Shown here in pieces: positions 1-9,472 of a stretch of 64,000 bases of DNA (positions are counted from its first letter, which is position 1; each line of letters opens with the position of its first letter). This stretch comes from an uncultured delta proteobacterium. GTDB lineage: Bacteria; Desulfobacterota; RBG-13-43-22. Below the pieces are notes generated by a model. It was not told the origin of the DNA, searched no databases, and saw only the letters and a program-made list of their open reading frames with translations. The stretch is from the NCBI GenBank assembly GCA_963843145.1, contig CAWJJC010000028.1, forward strand, positions 416,001-480,000, in the 5' to 3' direction. A program made the translations under genes and the position numbers.

Positions 1-927
1 AAAGATAAAAGGAAGGTCCCTCTTGAGTATCCCGATCCCGTTGTCGGTTACCCTGACCCAATAGTGCTGGCCGTTCGTTCCGCTCGTAAAGGTGATCTCC
101 CCGAATTCTTCCATGGCCTCAATGGCATTTTCAATCAAAATCATAAAGGCCCTCACCGAAAGATTTCTATCCACCCGCAGGGAAATTTCCGTAAGAGACT
201 TGTTGACGCTGATGGTTTTGCTTTTCAGTGGGTGGGCAAATAACCGGAGGGCCTCCTCGATGAGCTCTTCCAGTGGTTCATTGGTGAAAGAGGGCTTCGG
301 CAGCGTAGCAAAGGAATCGGTTTTTTTCACCAGCCGCTCTATTTTTTGCAGGTCGCTTAAAATGTACCGGTAATACCGCTCGTTGTCTTCGTTTCGCTCG
401 CAGGCGGCATGGAGCTTCTTGCAGTAGCCGCCGATACCGGCCAGGGGGTTCCGAAGTTCGTGGGCCACTCCTCCGGCAATTTGGACCAGATCGGCATAAT
501 GGCCATCCAGAAGGATTTTTTCGAGTTGCTTCTTCTGGTCAATATTCTGGATGCAGATGAAAATCAGGGCGTGCCCCCGCTCGGGCGCACACATGGCCTG
601 CATATTGATGAAGGCGAAGAAACGGGTCTGGTCCTTTCGCTGGAGCATCAGCTCGCCCTCAAAGGGACAATTCTTTTGGGCCAGGTCCATCAAATTGGAA
701 AATAGATAGGTTACATCCTCCGGTGTAAATAGGAGGGAAAGCATTTCTCCTTCCATCTCGTCCGGGGTAAACCCAAAGAGGTTTTCCACTACCGGACTGG
801 TGAAACAGATGCGACCGCTCAGGTCGGTGACAATAACCGCCTGTTTGAGGCAGGCCAGAATGCTTTCCAGCATTTCCCAAGAGTCACAATACGTTAGCGG
901 CCAGGCCAAGTTGGTATTTTTATTCAT
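1..927 (-). CDS. PAS-domain sensor histidine kinase (3' end runs off the window)
   Basis: Not in the ORF track; translated by hand from ATG at 927 (GAAGGAG upstream). PAS-like AVIVTDLSGRICF, H-box VAHELRNPLA, G1 box VRVTDNGIGI near the window edge. Confidence 0.9.
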   Translation of the reverse strand, partial: MNKNTNLAWPLTYCDSWEMLESILACLKQAVIVTDLSGRICFTSPVVENLFGFTPDEMEGEMLSLLFTPEDVTYLFSNLMDLAQKNCPFEGELMLQRKDQTRFFAFINMQAMCAPERGHALIFICIQNIDQKKQLEKILLDGHYADLVQIAGGVAHELRNPLAGIGGYCKKLHAACERNEDNERYYRYILSDLQKIERLVKKTDSFATLPKPSFTNEPLEELIEEALRLFAHPLKSKTISVNKSLTEISLRVDRNLSVRAFMILIENAIEAMEEFGEITFTSGTNGQHYWVRVTDNGIGILKRDLPFIF

Positions 928-1008
928 CGGGTACTCCTTCTCGGTTGCCAAGCAACGAAAAAGAAAAGGGGGTTTCCCTTAGCAGGGGGTTGGCCTTTGC
1001 GGGGCCCA

Positions 1009-2082
1009 TCACAGCTCCGACGCTAAGGTAGGTTTAATCAATCCCAGGGTTCCCAGAGTGGGTTCGATTCCCTGATCGGTGAAAAGCCGTGAATCCGTCC
1101 CCAGCCTGGAAAGGGCGAGGCTGGTTATCTGTCCTAACCGCTCGAGAAAAAATTCTTCCCGATGGGTGAGTTGTTGTTTAATGGTATTGATCCAGAGGTA
1201 GAGGGTGCCCAGTTTTTTGTGGTCAAAGGATAGGGGTACGGTCTCCAAAAGGTTGGGCTGGGACTTTTGCCCGAAGGCCCCTCGGTCTTCAGCGTTCCCG
1301 AAGGGTTTCCCGGCCTTCAAGGATTTTTTGATGGCCGGAAACCGGGCCAGGTCCAAGACGATGGGTTCCGTTTCCGGAGAATCGTTGGAGGAAACCATTA
1401 ATCCGCTTTTCTCCCGGGAATCCACAAAAATGGCCGAACAGCGAACGATGGAAAATTTTTCGCAGATGATCCGGGTCAGTTGCAGCAGGTAGTCGGAAAA
1501 GCGTTTCCCCTGACCGATGGACTGGGCCACCTCGGTCAGCGCCTCCAACTCCAGATAGTCTTCCCTCAGGATCTCCTTTTCCTGCAGAAGACGGTTATAG
1601 GATTCGATCATGCCGTAGAAGAAAAAGGTCACAATAAATAGAAAGGGAAAGCGGAGCAAGGTCCCGGTACTCCAAAAATCGTTCGGGGATTTCAGATAAA
1701 GGGAAGTCCCGTAGATGACCAGAATTAACCCGAAGGCGGAACCGATCAGTTTGAGTCGCCTCGAGGTGGCGGCCAATAAAAGAATCAAAAAGTAGATGAC
1801 ATAGAATTCCGAATCCGATTGCGCGGCAAAAAAAAGGGCCAGAGTGGTCAATAAGATATCAAGGGAAAGAATATAAAAAAGAAAACGTTTCTTTCGAAAG
1901 AGGGTTTTGGGAAAAAAAGTCAGTCCCAGGTTGCTCAAGGCGTATAGGGAAAAGCCGAAGATAAATGAGAGGGGCAGGTGCTCTTGCGAGAGGCTGAAGA
2001 GGAGGACATAGCCGACGATGATGATCAGCGCCCAACGCAGCAGCAAGATGGTCCTTTTGTTATATTCTTCTTTTAGCAACAT
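1009..2082 (-). CDS. Multi-pass membrane protein with a C-terminal GAF-like domain and no recognisable output domain
   Basis: About 5-6 hydrophobic segments, a coiled linker, then GAF-like RCSAIF...VPLSFDHKKLGTLYL...HREEFFLERLG. Start taken at ATG 2082 (ORF track uses TTG 2100). Confidence 0.7.
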   Translation of the reverse strand: MLLKEEYNKRTILLLRWALIIIVGYVLLFSLSQEHLPLSFIFGFSLYALSNLGLTFFPKTLFRKKRFLFYILSLDILLTTLALFFAAQSDSEFYVIYFLILLLAATSRRLKLIGSAFGLILVIYGTSLYLKSPNDFWSTGTLLRFPFLFIVTFFFYGMIESYNRLLQEKEILREDYLELEALTEVAQSIGQGKRFSDYLLQLTRIICEKFSIVRCSAIFVDSREKSGLMVSSNDSPETEPIVLDLARFPAIKKSLKAGKPFGNAEDRGAFGQKSQPNLLETVPLSFDHKKLGTLYLWINTIKQQLTHREEFFLERLGQITSLALSRLGTDSRLFTDQGIEPTLGTLGLIKPTLASEL

Positions 2083-2109
2083 ACCGTTTTCCCCCCCCAA
2101 TAGAAGGTT

Positions 2110-2922
2110 TCAGGTCAGCTTGGCCCTTAATTTTGAACGGACCTGCGAATGAATTTGAGATACCCGTCCTTCGGAACAGCCTAGAATGTGGCCGATTTCA
2201 CTTCCGGAAAGTTCTTCGTAATAGTAGAGGGAAAGGAAGGTCTGCTCCCGCTGGGTGAGTCGATCAATGGCCTGGGCCAGGTGTTGTTTTAGATCCAGCA
2301 GAATGACCTGGAAGGACGGATCTTGTCTTTCATCCGCCGGTAAGGCCTCCAGCATCCGGTCGGATGGATCACTGTCGGAGGGGCGCGGGGTCATTTTCAG
2401 GTTTTGCGCCGAAAGCCCATAGGCCTCCTTGACCAGCTTGTAAAAAAGATCCAGGGTTTTGCCGAGCGCCTGGGCCACTTCTTCGTCTTCAACCGGATAG
2501 CCTTTGGCCTGCTCCAATTCCCGCACCGTATTTTCCAGAAGCATTTTTTTCTGGCGGACGGATCGCGGGACCCAGTCCAGGGCCCGCAGTTCGTCCAACA
2601 TGGCCCCCCGGATGCGGTATTCCGCGTAGGTGGAAAAATTCACTTTTTTGTCCGGATCAAATTTTTGCAGGGCATCCATCAAACCGATCATCCCGACACT
2701 GATTAAGTCCTCTAGCGCAATATGATCCGGTAACCGCCTGACCAGTCGCTGGGCCACAAATTTTACCATAGGGCTGTGCTTGAGGATTAAGGCTTCCCGA
2801 TCGCTAAGGGAAATAGGGAGGGCCTCGCAGACCGGCGGGGGCGTCTTCCCTTCTAATTTGTTGTATCCGCTTACGGTGGCTTTCACGTGTTCCTCCTGTT
2901 GGGTTCTCTGACCAGGTAGCAT
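2110..2922 (-). CDS. fliA: FliA/WhiG-family RNA polymerase sigma factor (sigma-28)
   Basis: EDLISVGMIGLMDA, FSTYAEYRIRGAMLDELRALDWVPRSVR, region 4 LYYYEELS..EIG..LGCSEGRVSQIH. Confidence 0.92.
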   Translation of the reverse strand: MLPGQRTQQEEHVKATVSGYNKLEGKTPPPVCEALPISLSDREALILKHSPMVKFVAQRLVRRLPDHIALEDLISVGMIGLMDALQKFDPDKKVNFSTYAEYRIRGAMLDELRALDWVPRSVRQKKMLLENTVRELEQAKGYPVEDEEVAQALGKTLDLFYKLVKEAYGLSAQNLKMTPRPSDSDPSDRMLEALPADERQDPSFQVILLDLKQHLAQAIDRLTQREQTFLSLYYYEELSGSEIGHILGCSEGRVSQIHSQVRSKLRAKLT

Positions 2923-4137
2923 TTATACCCCCCGGCTGGTTTCCAAAACGGTAGTTTGGTTGATCAATCCCTGATCGCAGGGGGGGATCTCCGGATAATG
3001 TGGAAGTAGACTTGACCGTTCATCCCGTGGCGGTCCTAGGACCTTCCCCCCATCCGAGTGATTGGGCAAGCCGGTTGTTTGACCCTCTAGTTTTTCCCAG
3101 GCCAGGCCGAAGTCCTTCCCCTTGAACAGGATCAAACAGGCTTCCACCACCCGGGGATCATAAAGCACGCCTGCTTGGGCCTCAATTTCCTCCAGGGCCT
3201 TGTCGATTCCCAAAGCCGGTCGGTAAGGCCGGTGGGACGCGATGGCCTCCACCACGTCGGCCACCGCCAGAATTCTGGCCTCCAAGATAATCTCCGCCTT
3301 CGACAAGCCTTGAGGATATCCGCTCCCGTCGATCCTTTCGTGGTGCTGATGCACGATATCGGCTATCGGCCAGGGGAAATCAATGGGCTCCAGCAACTGG
3401 TACCCCAATTGAGCATGGGATTTGACGATGGCGAATTCGATGGCTGATATTTTCCCCGGCTTGCTGAGGATCTCGGCGGGTATAAATATCTTGCCGACAT
3501 CATGAACCAATCCGGCCATGCGGATTCCTTCGGTCTGAGGACGGGGAAGCCCCAGCTCGCCGGCAATCGCTGCGGCCAGTTTAGACACTCTTTGCTGGTG
3601 ACCGGCGGTATAAGGATCCCTTATTTCTACGGTTGAAGCCACCAGATTGATGGTTCCGGTGATGGATTTTTGCAGGTCATTTACGGTGGTCAGCAGATCT
3701 TGGGTTCGTTCTCTGACCTTGGTTTCAAGGTTCTGAAGGTAGCGCCGGTTCTCAATCTCCAATTCGCGGCGGCGGAGGGCGTTCGACACCTGGATCATCA
3801 GTTGATTCAAACTAAAGGGTTTAATCAGGTATCCATAGGCGCCGATGGCCAAGGCTTCCTCCGCAGTCCGCAGGTCATCTATCCCGCTTTCCATGATAAT
3901 GACCGTATCGGGATATCGATGGGCGACAAATTTAATCAATTCGAGGCCGGATTCCCCGACCAGATTGATATCGCTGAGGATCAAGGAAAAGATCTGGCGC
4001 TGCAGGAGAGCCCGCGCTTCTTTGGCATTTCTGGCCAACTGGCAGATATAACCATGCGAACGGAGCTCTTTAGCAATGAGCCGGAGTATATTTTCCTCGT
4101 CCTCTACGACCAAGATTGGATGTGAATCCATTTTCAT
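2923..4137 (-). CDS. Response regulator with HD-GYP cyclic-dinucleotide phosphodiesterase domain
   Basis: REC (ILVVEDE, SDINL, YLIKPF); RDPYTAGHQQRV, HDVGK, HHERIDGSGYP, ADVVEA. Confidence 0.93.
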   Translation of the reverse strand: MKMDSHPILVVEDEENILRLIAKELRSHGYICQLARNAKEARALLQRQIFSLILSDINLVGESGLELIKFVAHRYPDTVIIMESGIDDLRTAEEALAIGAYGYLIKPFSLNQLMIQVSNALRRRELEIENRRYLQNLETKVRERTQDLLTTVNDLQKSITGTINLVASTVEIRDPYTAGHQQRVSKLAAAIAGELGLPRPQTEGIRMAGLVHDVGKIFIPAEILSKPGKISAIEFAIVKSHAQLGYQLLEPIDFPWPIADIVHQHHERIDGSGYPQGLSKAEIILEARILAVADVVEAIASHRPYRPALGIDKALEEIEAQAGVLYDPRVVEACLILFKGKDFGLAWEKLEGQTTGLPNHSDGGKVLGPPRDERSSLLPHYPEIPPCDQGLINQTTVLETSRGV

Positions 4138-4184
4138 GTCATCTCCCGATACGTTGCCTCTTAGACTTGTTATATGGAAATATA

Positions 4185-4200
4185 CTCAAGAACCATGCCA
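4185..4200 (-). promoter_or_regulatory. Putative sigma-54 -24/-12 promoter of the HD-GYP/fliA operon
   Basis: Minus strand TGGCATGGTTCTTGAG versus consensus TGGCAC-N5-TTGC (TTGA variant), about 50 nt upstream of the ATG. Confidence 0.5.
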
Positions 4201-4287
4201 GGAAAGGCAAATAGAGACAAAGGCAGGATTAACGAGGAGTTATTGAAGCAGGCCCGAGGGGGTTGAACTCGATATCTGGTTATGAAC

Positions 4288-4322
4288 GAGACGATTGGTC
4301 TCATTTCTGAGAAATATGAGAC
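4288..4322. promoter_or_regulatory. Putative upstream activator sequence (GAGAC/GTCTC inverted repeats)
   Basis: GAGACgattgGTCTCAtttcTGAGAaataTGAGAC, about 100 bp upstream of the putative -24/-12 site and just past the activator stop codon. Confidence 0.45.
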
Positions 4323-4325
4323 GGA

Positions 4326-5657
4326 TTAATTATTTTGGTTTCTTATTTTTTTCAGTTTCCGATAGAGCGTCGCCCGGGAGATCCCCAGGGCTTTGGCCGT
4401 TTGGGCGACTTCTCCTTGATGCTCCTTCAGGGTTGATAAGATGGCCGAGGCCTTGACCCCCTGGGTGTCTTCAGGAGGGGTCCCGGGACTGGAGAAAGGT
4501 TTGGTGCCCAATAAGCCGGGAAAATGCTCCTCTGCCAGGGGGGCGCCCCGTGATAGCAAACAGGCCCTTTCCAGGATATTTCGTAATTCCCTGATATTTC
4601 CGGGCCAGGGGTATTGTTGCAACAGCTTGATTATTTTCGTCGGCACCCTGATCTCGGATTTTGCCAGTGAAGCCAGGAGGTGGGAGACCAGTCCCTCCAT
4701 ATCTTCAAGCCGCCTCCGTAAAGGAGGAATTTGAATGGGAAACACCTGTATGCGGAAAAACAGGTCCTTGCGGAATCGCTGTTGGGCAATCTCTTCTTCC
4801 AGATTTTTATTGGTCGCGCACAACAGCCGGAAGTCACTGTGGCGGGATTTCACATCTCCAACCCGACGGAACCATTTATCTTCAATGACCTTAAGGAATT
4901 GGGCCTGAACCTCCAAGTCCATATCACCGATTTCGTCCAAGAAAAGGGTGCCCCGATCGGCAATCTCGATCAGACCCTGCCGGTTCTGGATGGCCGAGGT
5001 AAAAGCCCCGCGAACCACACCGAAAAGTTCGCTGGCCATCAGTGCTCCTTTCAGACCGGAACAATTCACTTCAATCAAAGGTTCGGATCCGCGCTGGCCG
5101 TGTTGGTGTATCCATTGGGCCAGCAATCCCTTTCCGGTTCCGGTTTCTCCCAAAATTAATATCGTGGAGTCATTCTCAGCCGCCAGAGAGGCGAGTTCTT
5201 TGACCAAGGCCATGCCCGGACTCGGCCCCCAAAAAAAATTCTCCCGGTAGTTCGATCGTTCTTTGGCCGTCCGCTGCCGGCGCAACGCGCCCCATTCTAG
5301 AGCCTTTTGGAGAAAAATCTGCAGGCCGGCCATTTCTACCGGCTTGGGCAGAAAATTATCCGCACCCCGGCGCATGGCTTCCACGGCTTTCGGGATGTCG
5401 CCTTCCCCGCTGATGACAATAATGGGTAGCCCGGGATAATTTTCCCTGAGTTCCGGTATCCAATCCAGCCCATTGCCGTCGGGAAGGTTTAAATCGAGCA
5501 AGAGGGCATCAAAGCGCCGGTTCAGGATGGTTTCCCGAGCTTCTTTCAAGGAGGAGGCTTCAGCGACGATAAAGCCGGCTTCAGCCAGGAATTTAGAAAA
5601 CAATACCCGGATTGCCGGATCATCATCGACCACTAGAATTTGAGGATTCATCCTCAT
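4326..5657 (-). CDS. NtrC-family sigma-54-dependent response regulator (REC-AAA+-Fis HTH)
   Basis: GETGTGK, SELFG..GAFTSA, LFLDEIG, RKDLFFR, WPGNIREL, LGISRATLYRKL. Confidence 0.95.
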   Translation of the reverse strand: MRMNPQILVVDDDPAIRVLFSKFLAEAGFIVAEASSLKEARETILNRRFDALLLDLNLPDGNGLDWIPELRENYPGLPIIVISGEGDIPKAVEAMRRGADNFLPKPVEMAGLQIFLQKALEWGALRRQRTAKERSNYRENFFWGPSPGMALVKELASLAAENDSTILILGETGTGKGLLAQWIHQHGQRGSEPLIEVNCSGLKGALMASELFGVVRGAFTSAIQNRQGLIEIADRGTLFLDEIGDMDLEVQAQFLKVIEDKWFRRVGDVKSRHSDFRLLCATNKNLEEEIAQQRFRKDLFFRIQVFPIQIPPLRRRLEDMEGLVSHLLASLAKSEIRVPTKIIKLLQQYPWPGNIRELRNILERACLLSRGAPLAEEHFPGLLGTKPFSSPGTPPEDTQGVKASAILSTLKEHQGEVAQTAKALGISRATLYRKLKKIRNQNN

Positions 5658-5764
5658 CCCCCTTGAAGCGCAAAAGGCGGGTTTCTGCCGACCGAGTCTT
5701 GAACGGAAGTTCGGAAGCGATGGCGTCCTGGTCCTTCAATCGCCTCCGGCCTTTTCCCCGGCAG

Positions 5765-6772
5765 TCACTCGAATTTGAACGTCCCTTTTTTAAACAGGCG
5801 CAGACAGGCATCCACAACCCCGGGGTCGTAGAGTACGCCCCGGTTTCTGAGAATCTCATCCAACGCGAGATCGGTTCCCATGGCCGGGCGATAAGGCCGG
5901 TGGGAGGCCATGGCTTCCACCACGTCGGCCACACACAGGATCCGTGCCTCGAGAAGAATATCCTCTCCCGAAAGCCCCTGGGGATAGCCGCTGCCGTTCA
6001 TTTTCTCGTGATGCTCTAATACTATTCGGGCAATCGGCCACGGAAACTCAATATCGGCTATGATAGCATAGCCGGCTTGGGGGTGCGTCTTGATAAGGTC
6101 TATTTCATTTTCCGTTAACCTGTTCGGCTTGCTCAGTATCTCCGCAGGCACGGATATTTTTCCTAGATCATGAATCATTCCGGCCAGGCGAATCCCTTCT
6201 ATGCGGTCTTTCGTCAGGTTCATTTCCGTTGCCAGGGCAGCGGCAAGATCGGCCACCCGCCGCTGATGGCCCGCGGTGTAAGGGTCCCGGGCTTCAACTG
6301 TCCGGGTCATCGCCTGTATGATCCCCTCCAGGGCCTTTTTCAGTTTGGCGGTTCGTTCCTCCACCCTCTGCTCAAGCTCCTGGCGGTACATTCGGTTGGC
6401 GATCTCCAACTTCCGCCGCCGCAAGACATTCCGGATATTAATGATGAGCTCATGGAGATTAAAAGGCTTTAAAACATAACCCGAGGCCCCCAATTGGATG
6501 GCGGCATCGGCAATTTTAGAATCATCCACCGCCGTCACGATGATGACCGCAGTGTCCCCATACTCCGTCGCGATATGTCTGGCCAAATCAATGCCGGATT
6601 CCCCCGGCATGTTCACATCGCAGAGAGCCAGATTGAAGGTTTGTTCACCAAGGCATTTTCGGGCTTCCGCCGCATTAGCGGCCAAGGTACAGGCATGACC
6701 GTTCGTCGAGAGTGTTCGGTCCAGCAAGCGACGCATCTGTTCTTCGTCGTCAACGATCAAGATACTTGCCAT
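5765..6772 (-). CDS. Response regulator with HD-GYP domain (paralog of 2923..4137)
   Basis: ILIVDDE, CDVNMP, RDPYTAGHQRRV, HDLGK, HHEKMNGSGYP. Confidence 0.94.
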   Translation of the reverse strand: MASILIVDDEEQMRRLLDRTLSTNGHACTLAANAAEARKCLGEQTFNLALCDVNMPGESGIDLARHIATEYGDTAVIIVTAVDDSKIADAAIQLGASGYVLKPFNLHELIINIRNVLRRRKLEIANRMYRQELEQRVEERTAKLKKALEGIIQAMTRTVEARDPYTAGHQRRVADLAAALATEMNLTKDRIEGIRLAGMIHDLGKISVPAEILSKPNRLTENEIDLIKTHPQAGYAIIADIEFPWPIARIVLEHHEKMNGSGYPQGLSGEDILLEARILCVADVVEAMASHRPYRPAMGTDLALDEILRNRGVLYDPGVVDACLRLFKKGTFKFE

Positions 6773-6779
6773 GCTCTAT

Positions 6780-6963
6780 CCTCAACCATTATCTTCCGAT
6801 CGCGCGGGGTTTTTGGGAGCAGGTCCTCGTCGATCGGCCTGGAAGAGCAGCCGCCGAACCCGTGGGACAGGATTGCCTTTCGACCGCCGGTCAGAGCGCT
6901 GGAGGTGACGGTGATTACCGGAATGTCCCGCAGGGTGTCGTCCTGGCGAACCTCCTTGTGGGC
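6780..6963 (-). pseudogene. Degenerate C-terminal half of a receiver (DivK/CheY-like) domain
   Basis: Hand translation: KEVRQDDTLRDIPVITVTSSALTGGRKAILSHGFGGCSSRPIDEDLL; in-frame TAG at 6964-6966 upstream and no start codon. Confidence 0.7.
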
Positions 6964-7437
6964 CTACCTGGACCCTAATGCATCGTTAAATTATACTGAT
7001 CCGCGAGACAAAAGCAAGGGAAAAGCCTGGGAAAACCGCGGACTGCGGTGGCAGGGGATATGCCGCTAGGGCCTGAAGAGGAATGATCAGGGACAGAAAG
7101 TCAGCGTGAATTTGGTGCTGTAATGGCAGTTGAAATTGCCTGAAAGATCATCGTAGGCCTATCCCTAGGTGTTGGGACACCTCTGATGTACGGCGGTTAC
7201 CCATAGTCATCCGGTCCTCCGTCTCCATCGACACTCTGGTCTCAGAGACCGTTTTCGCCCTGGGCATCGCAGCCCCGTTTAGGCCAGAAGGTGCAACTAT
7301 TTTTCACGGTCAGAGAAGGGGCACCGGAACTTCCAGGGCCAGATTCTATAAATTGCCTAAAAGGGAAAAAAAGAAAACGACAGATTAAGCGGGTAGTCAA
7401 ACCATCCATCGGCAGAAACGGAAAAAGGGGTTACAAG

Positions 7438-7698
7438 ATGAAGAATAAAATAAGAATGGATACCAAGAAGCGAAAAAAAATCTCGCCGCAGCTCGGGGAG
7501 GTGGACCCGGTCGGACGAAGGGAGTGCCTTTGCCTCCAGTGCGGGATATCCAATTATCTCGTACTGGCAGATCTGCCTCCGGATGCCTGGGAACCTTCGG
7601 AAACCAAGGTGTTGGCCGGCATATTTTGTTCCGAGTGCGGCGGCCCCTTGCTGGTCCGAGGGGCCGCCGGAGAAGAGCCTTTTTACCCAACCCAATAA
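7438..7698 (+). CDS. Small hypothetical Zn-ribbon protein
   Basis: CLQC...CSECG pair; ATG at 7438 preferred over GTG 7291. Confidence 0.55.
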   Translation: MKNKIRMDTKKRKKISPQLGEVDPVGRRECLCLQCGISNYLVLADLPPDAWEPSETKVLAGIFCSECGGPLLVRGAAGEEPFYPTQ

Positions 7699-7831
7699 CC
7701 GGCGAGTCCGAAAAGGGTTTCCGATACAGCGGCCACCAGGTTCAGAGTGGGGTCGTACCCTTCAGCGGCTCGGCCTATGATCTGCTGTAGGCGGCGGTGG
7801 CCCTGCCGGCCGTTTTTAGCAACCTTGCGGA

Positions 7832-8176
7832 CTAAAAAAAGTTGGTCCGATAAAGATACCAGATTTCCTCTTCTTCGTCCTCGTGCAGCAGGATAAACGG
7901 CCTGGCGCCCAAATGGCACAGGAAGTTGGGAGCGGAGCCGAACAGGCGACAGATGAAAGGCCGGACCGGGTAAATGGTGCAACCCCGGTCGGAGACATAG
8001 GGGCAGGTAGTGCCCTCGGCTAACTTGAAAATTATTCCGTTGTTTTTTAGGTACTTTTTGATCCGCTGGGTTTCTATCTTGGTCTGGGAAGGTATTCCAA
8101 AGGCCTGACAGCAGGCCGTACAACCTGGGAGGCAAGGGACCCCGGGGATCAGGGCATAAAGATCCTGGATTTTCAA
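7832..8176 (-). CDS. YkgJ/UPF0153 cysteine-cluster (CxxxCxxCC) protein
   Basis: CLPGCTACC, CPYV...CTIYPVRPFICRLFG. Confidence 0.85.
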   Translation of the reverse strand: MKIQDLYALIPGVPCLPGCTACCQAFGIPSQTKIETQRIKKYLKNNGIIFKLAEGTTCPYVSDRGCTIYPVRPFICRLFGSAPNFLCHLGARPFILLHEDEEEEIWYLYRTNFF

Positions 8177-8191
8177 ATGAGGATGGAGTCC

Positions 8192-8935
8192 TTAAGAGAG
8201 CAGTTCCTTTAGATCCTGCCAGTGGGAGATGCGAGGGACGTCGAACTCGGGTTCATCCTCCCGGGCCGCGGTGTAGCCCGGAAAGGTCGGGACCTGGTTA
8301 TCCCGGACATAGGTCATCCAAACCGGGTTCAGCCCGGCTTCTTTGGCCCCTTGGATGTCCGATTCCAAGTCGTCCCCGATAAAAAACATTTGATCTCCTT
8401 CTACCCCCAATTCGCTGATCAGTTGTTCGAAAACCGAGCAATGGGGTTTCCGGTATCCCAGATCCCCGGAGATCAAGATTACCTCAAAAAAAGAAGTCAG
8501 CCCAAAGTAGTCCAACAGGCCGCGGGCCGCGGGCGGGTGGGTGAAATTGGAGAGTAAGCCCAGTCGGTATTTGCCCTTCAGACCGGCCAACATCTCGTCC
8601 GTCCCGGGGATCAGGCGGCAGAAGGGATAAAAGGCCGAGAAGTAGGCTTCCACGGCCGCGGCGACCCGGGCATCCTCCGGAACCAGGGGATACCCCATTT
8701 CCGTTAACGCCGCGCTGATCCAGAACCGATTGTGGGTTTCTCTTCCTTCCCGGTGGGCTTCTTTGATGAAGCGAATCGCCGCCTCGCGATAAACGGTCTG
8801 GAACCGGGCCGGATCAAGATCCAGACCGTCGGCGCGGAGGTTGTCGGTGAGTCGGGTTATCGCCTCCCCTACGGCCCCGGGTCCGGCCATGATCAGGGTG
8901 TTGAAGAGATCAAACCCGATCGCCTTGATAGCCAA
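8192..8935 (-). CDS. HAD-family hydrolase
   Basis: FDLFNTL, LLSN, RKP, IGDDLESDIQGA. Confidence 0.9.
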   Translation of the reverse strand: MAIKAIGFDLFNTLIMAGPGAVGEAITRLTDNLRADGLDLDPARFQTVYREAAIRFIKEAHREGRETHNRFWISAALTEMGYPLVPEDARVAAAVEAYFSAFYPFCRLIPGTDEMLAGLKGKYRLGLLSNFTHPPAARGLLDYFGLTSFFEVILISGDLGYRKPHCSVFEQLISELGVEGDQMFFIGDDLESDIQGAKEAGLNPVWMTYVRDNQVPTFPGYTAAREDEPEFDVPRISHWQDLKELLS

Positions 8936-8939
8936 TCGT

Positions 8940-9389
8940 TTACTCTATTCTTCTCAGGTTAATGGTCAGGTTTTCCTTGGCCCCCGGGTAAACGTCGATA
9001 AATCGCATATAATCCCGGTAGCCCCCTTTCTTGGCCTCCACCTTGTGCCGCCCCGCCAACACCCCTTCCTCATAGGTGTTGTCTTCCCGGGGATCCACCT
9101 TGTGTCCGTCGATATACACCGCCGCTTCCGAAGGTTCGACTTCGATAAAAATCCAGCCGGAACCCTTGGCCCCTTTGGTGCCCTGATAATTGTCCGGGAT
9201 CGGGGGATAATAGCCGGGTGGATAATGGTTGGGGTAATATTGGACCGGGGTCAGGGCAGGGGGATTGATCGAGGGGACATCGATCAGAGCGACTGCCTGC
9301 ACCGTTCCGCCAGAACCCAAAATCAGCAGAGCGAGAATCAAGAGAACAGAGGAAACGACAAAGTGAACATTGGTTACTCGGAAAAACAT
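8940..9389 (-). CDS. Secreted PEGA-domain protein
   Basis: Signal peptide from ATG 9389, Pro/Tyr-rich linker, IEVEPSEAAVYIDG...GRHKVEAKKGGY. Confidence 0.75.
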   Translation of the reverse strand: MFFRVTNVHFVVSSVLLILALLILGSGGTVQAVALIDVPSINPPALTPVQYYPNHYPPGYYPPIPDNYQGTKGAKGSGWIFIEVEPSEAAVYIDGHKVDPREDNTYEEGVLAGRHKVEAKKGGYRDYMRFIDVYPGAKENLTINLRRIE

Positions 9390-9472
9390 AGTGCCCCCCT
9401 CAGGGATTATCAATACCGGGTGAGAATAGGATCCGAAGCTCAGCCCCGCAGGCCTCGAACCGTCCAATCTAA

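Noticed and set aside
7050-7340. c-di-GMP riboswitch or 6S RNA in the long intergenic region
   Set aside because: Only fragments (minus-strand GGCCTAAAC, a GGTCTC-A-GAGACC palindrome); the required P1-P2 architecture is not found.
7699-7830. Possible XRE HTH remnant (GYDPTLNLVAAVSETL) on the minus strand
   Set aside because: Too short to distinguish from chance.
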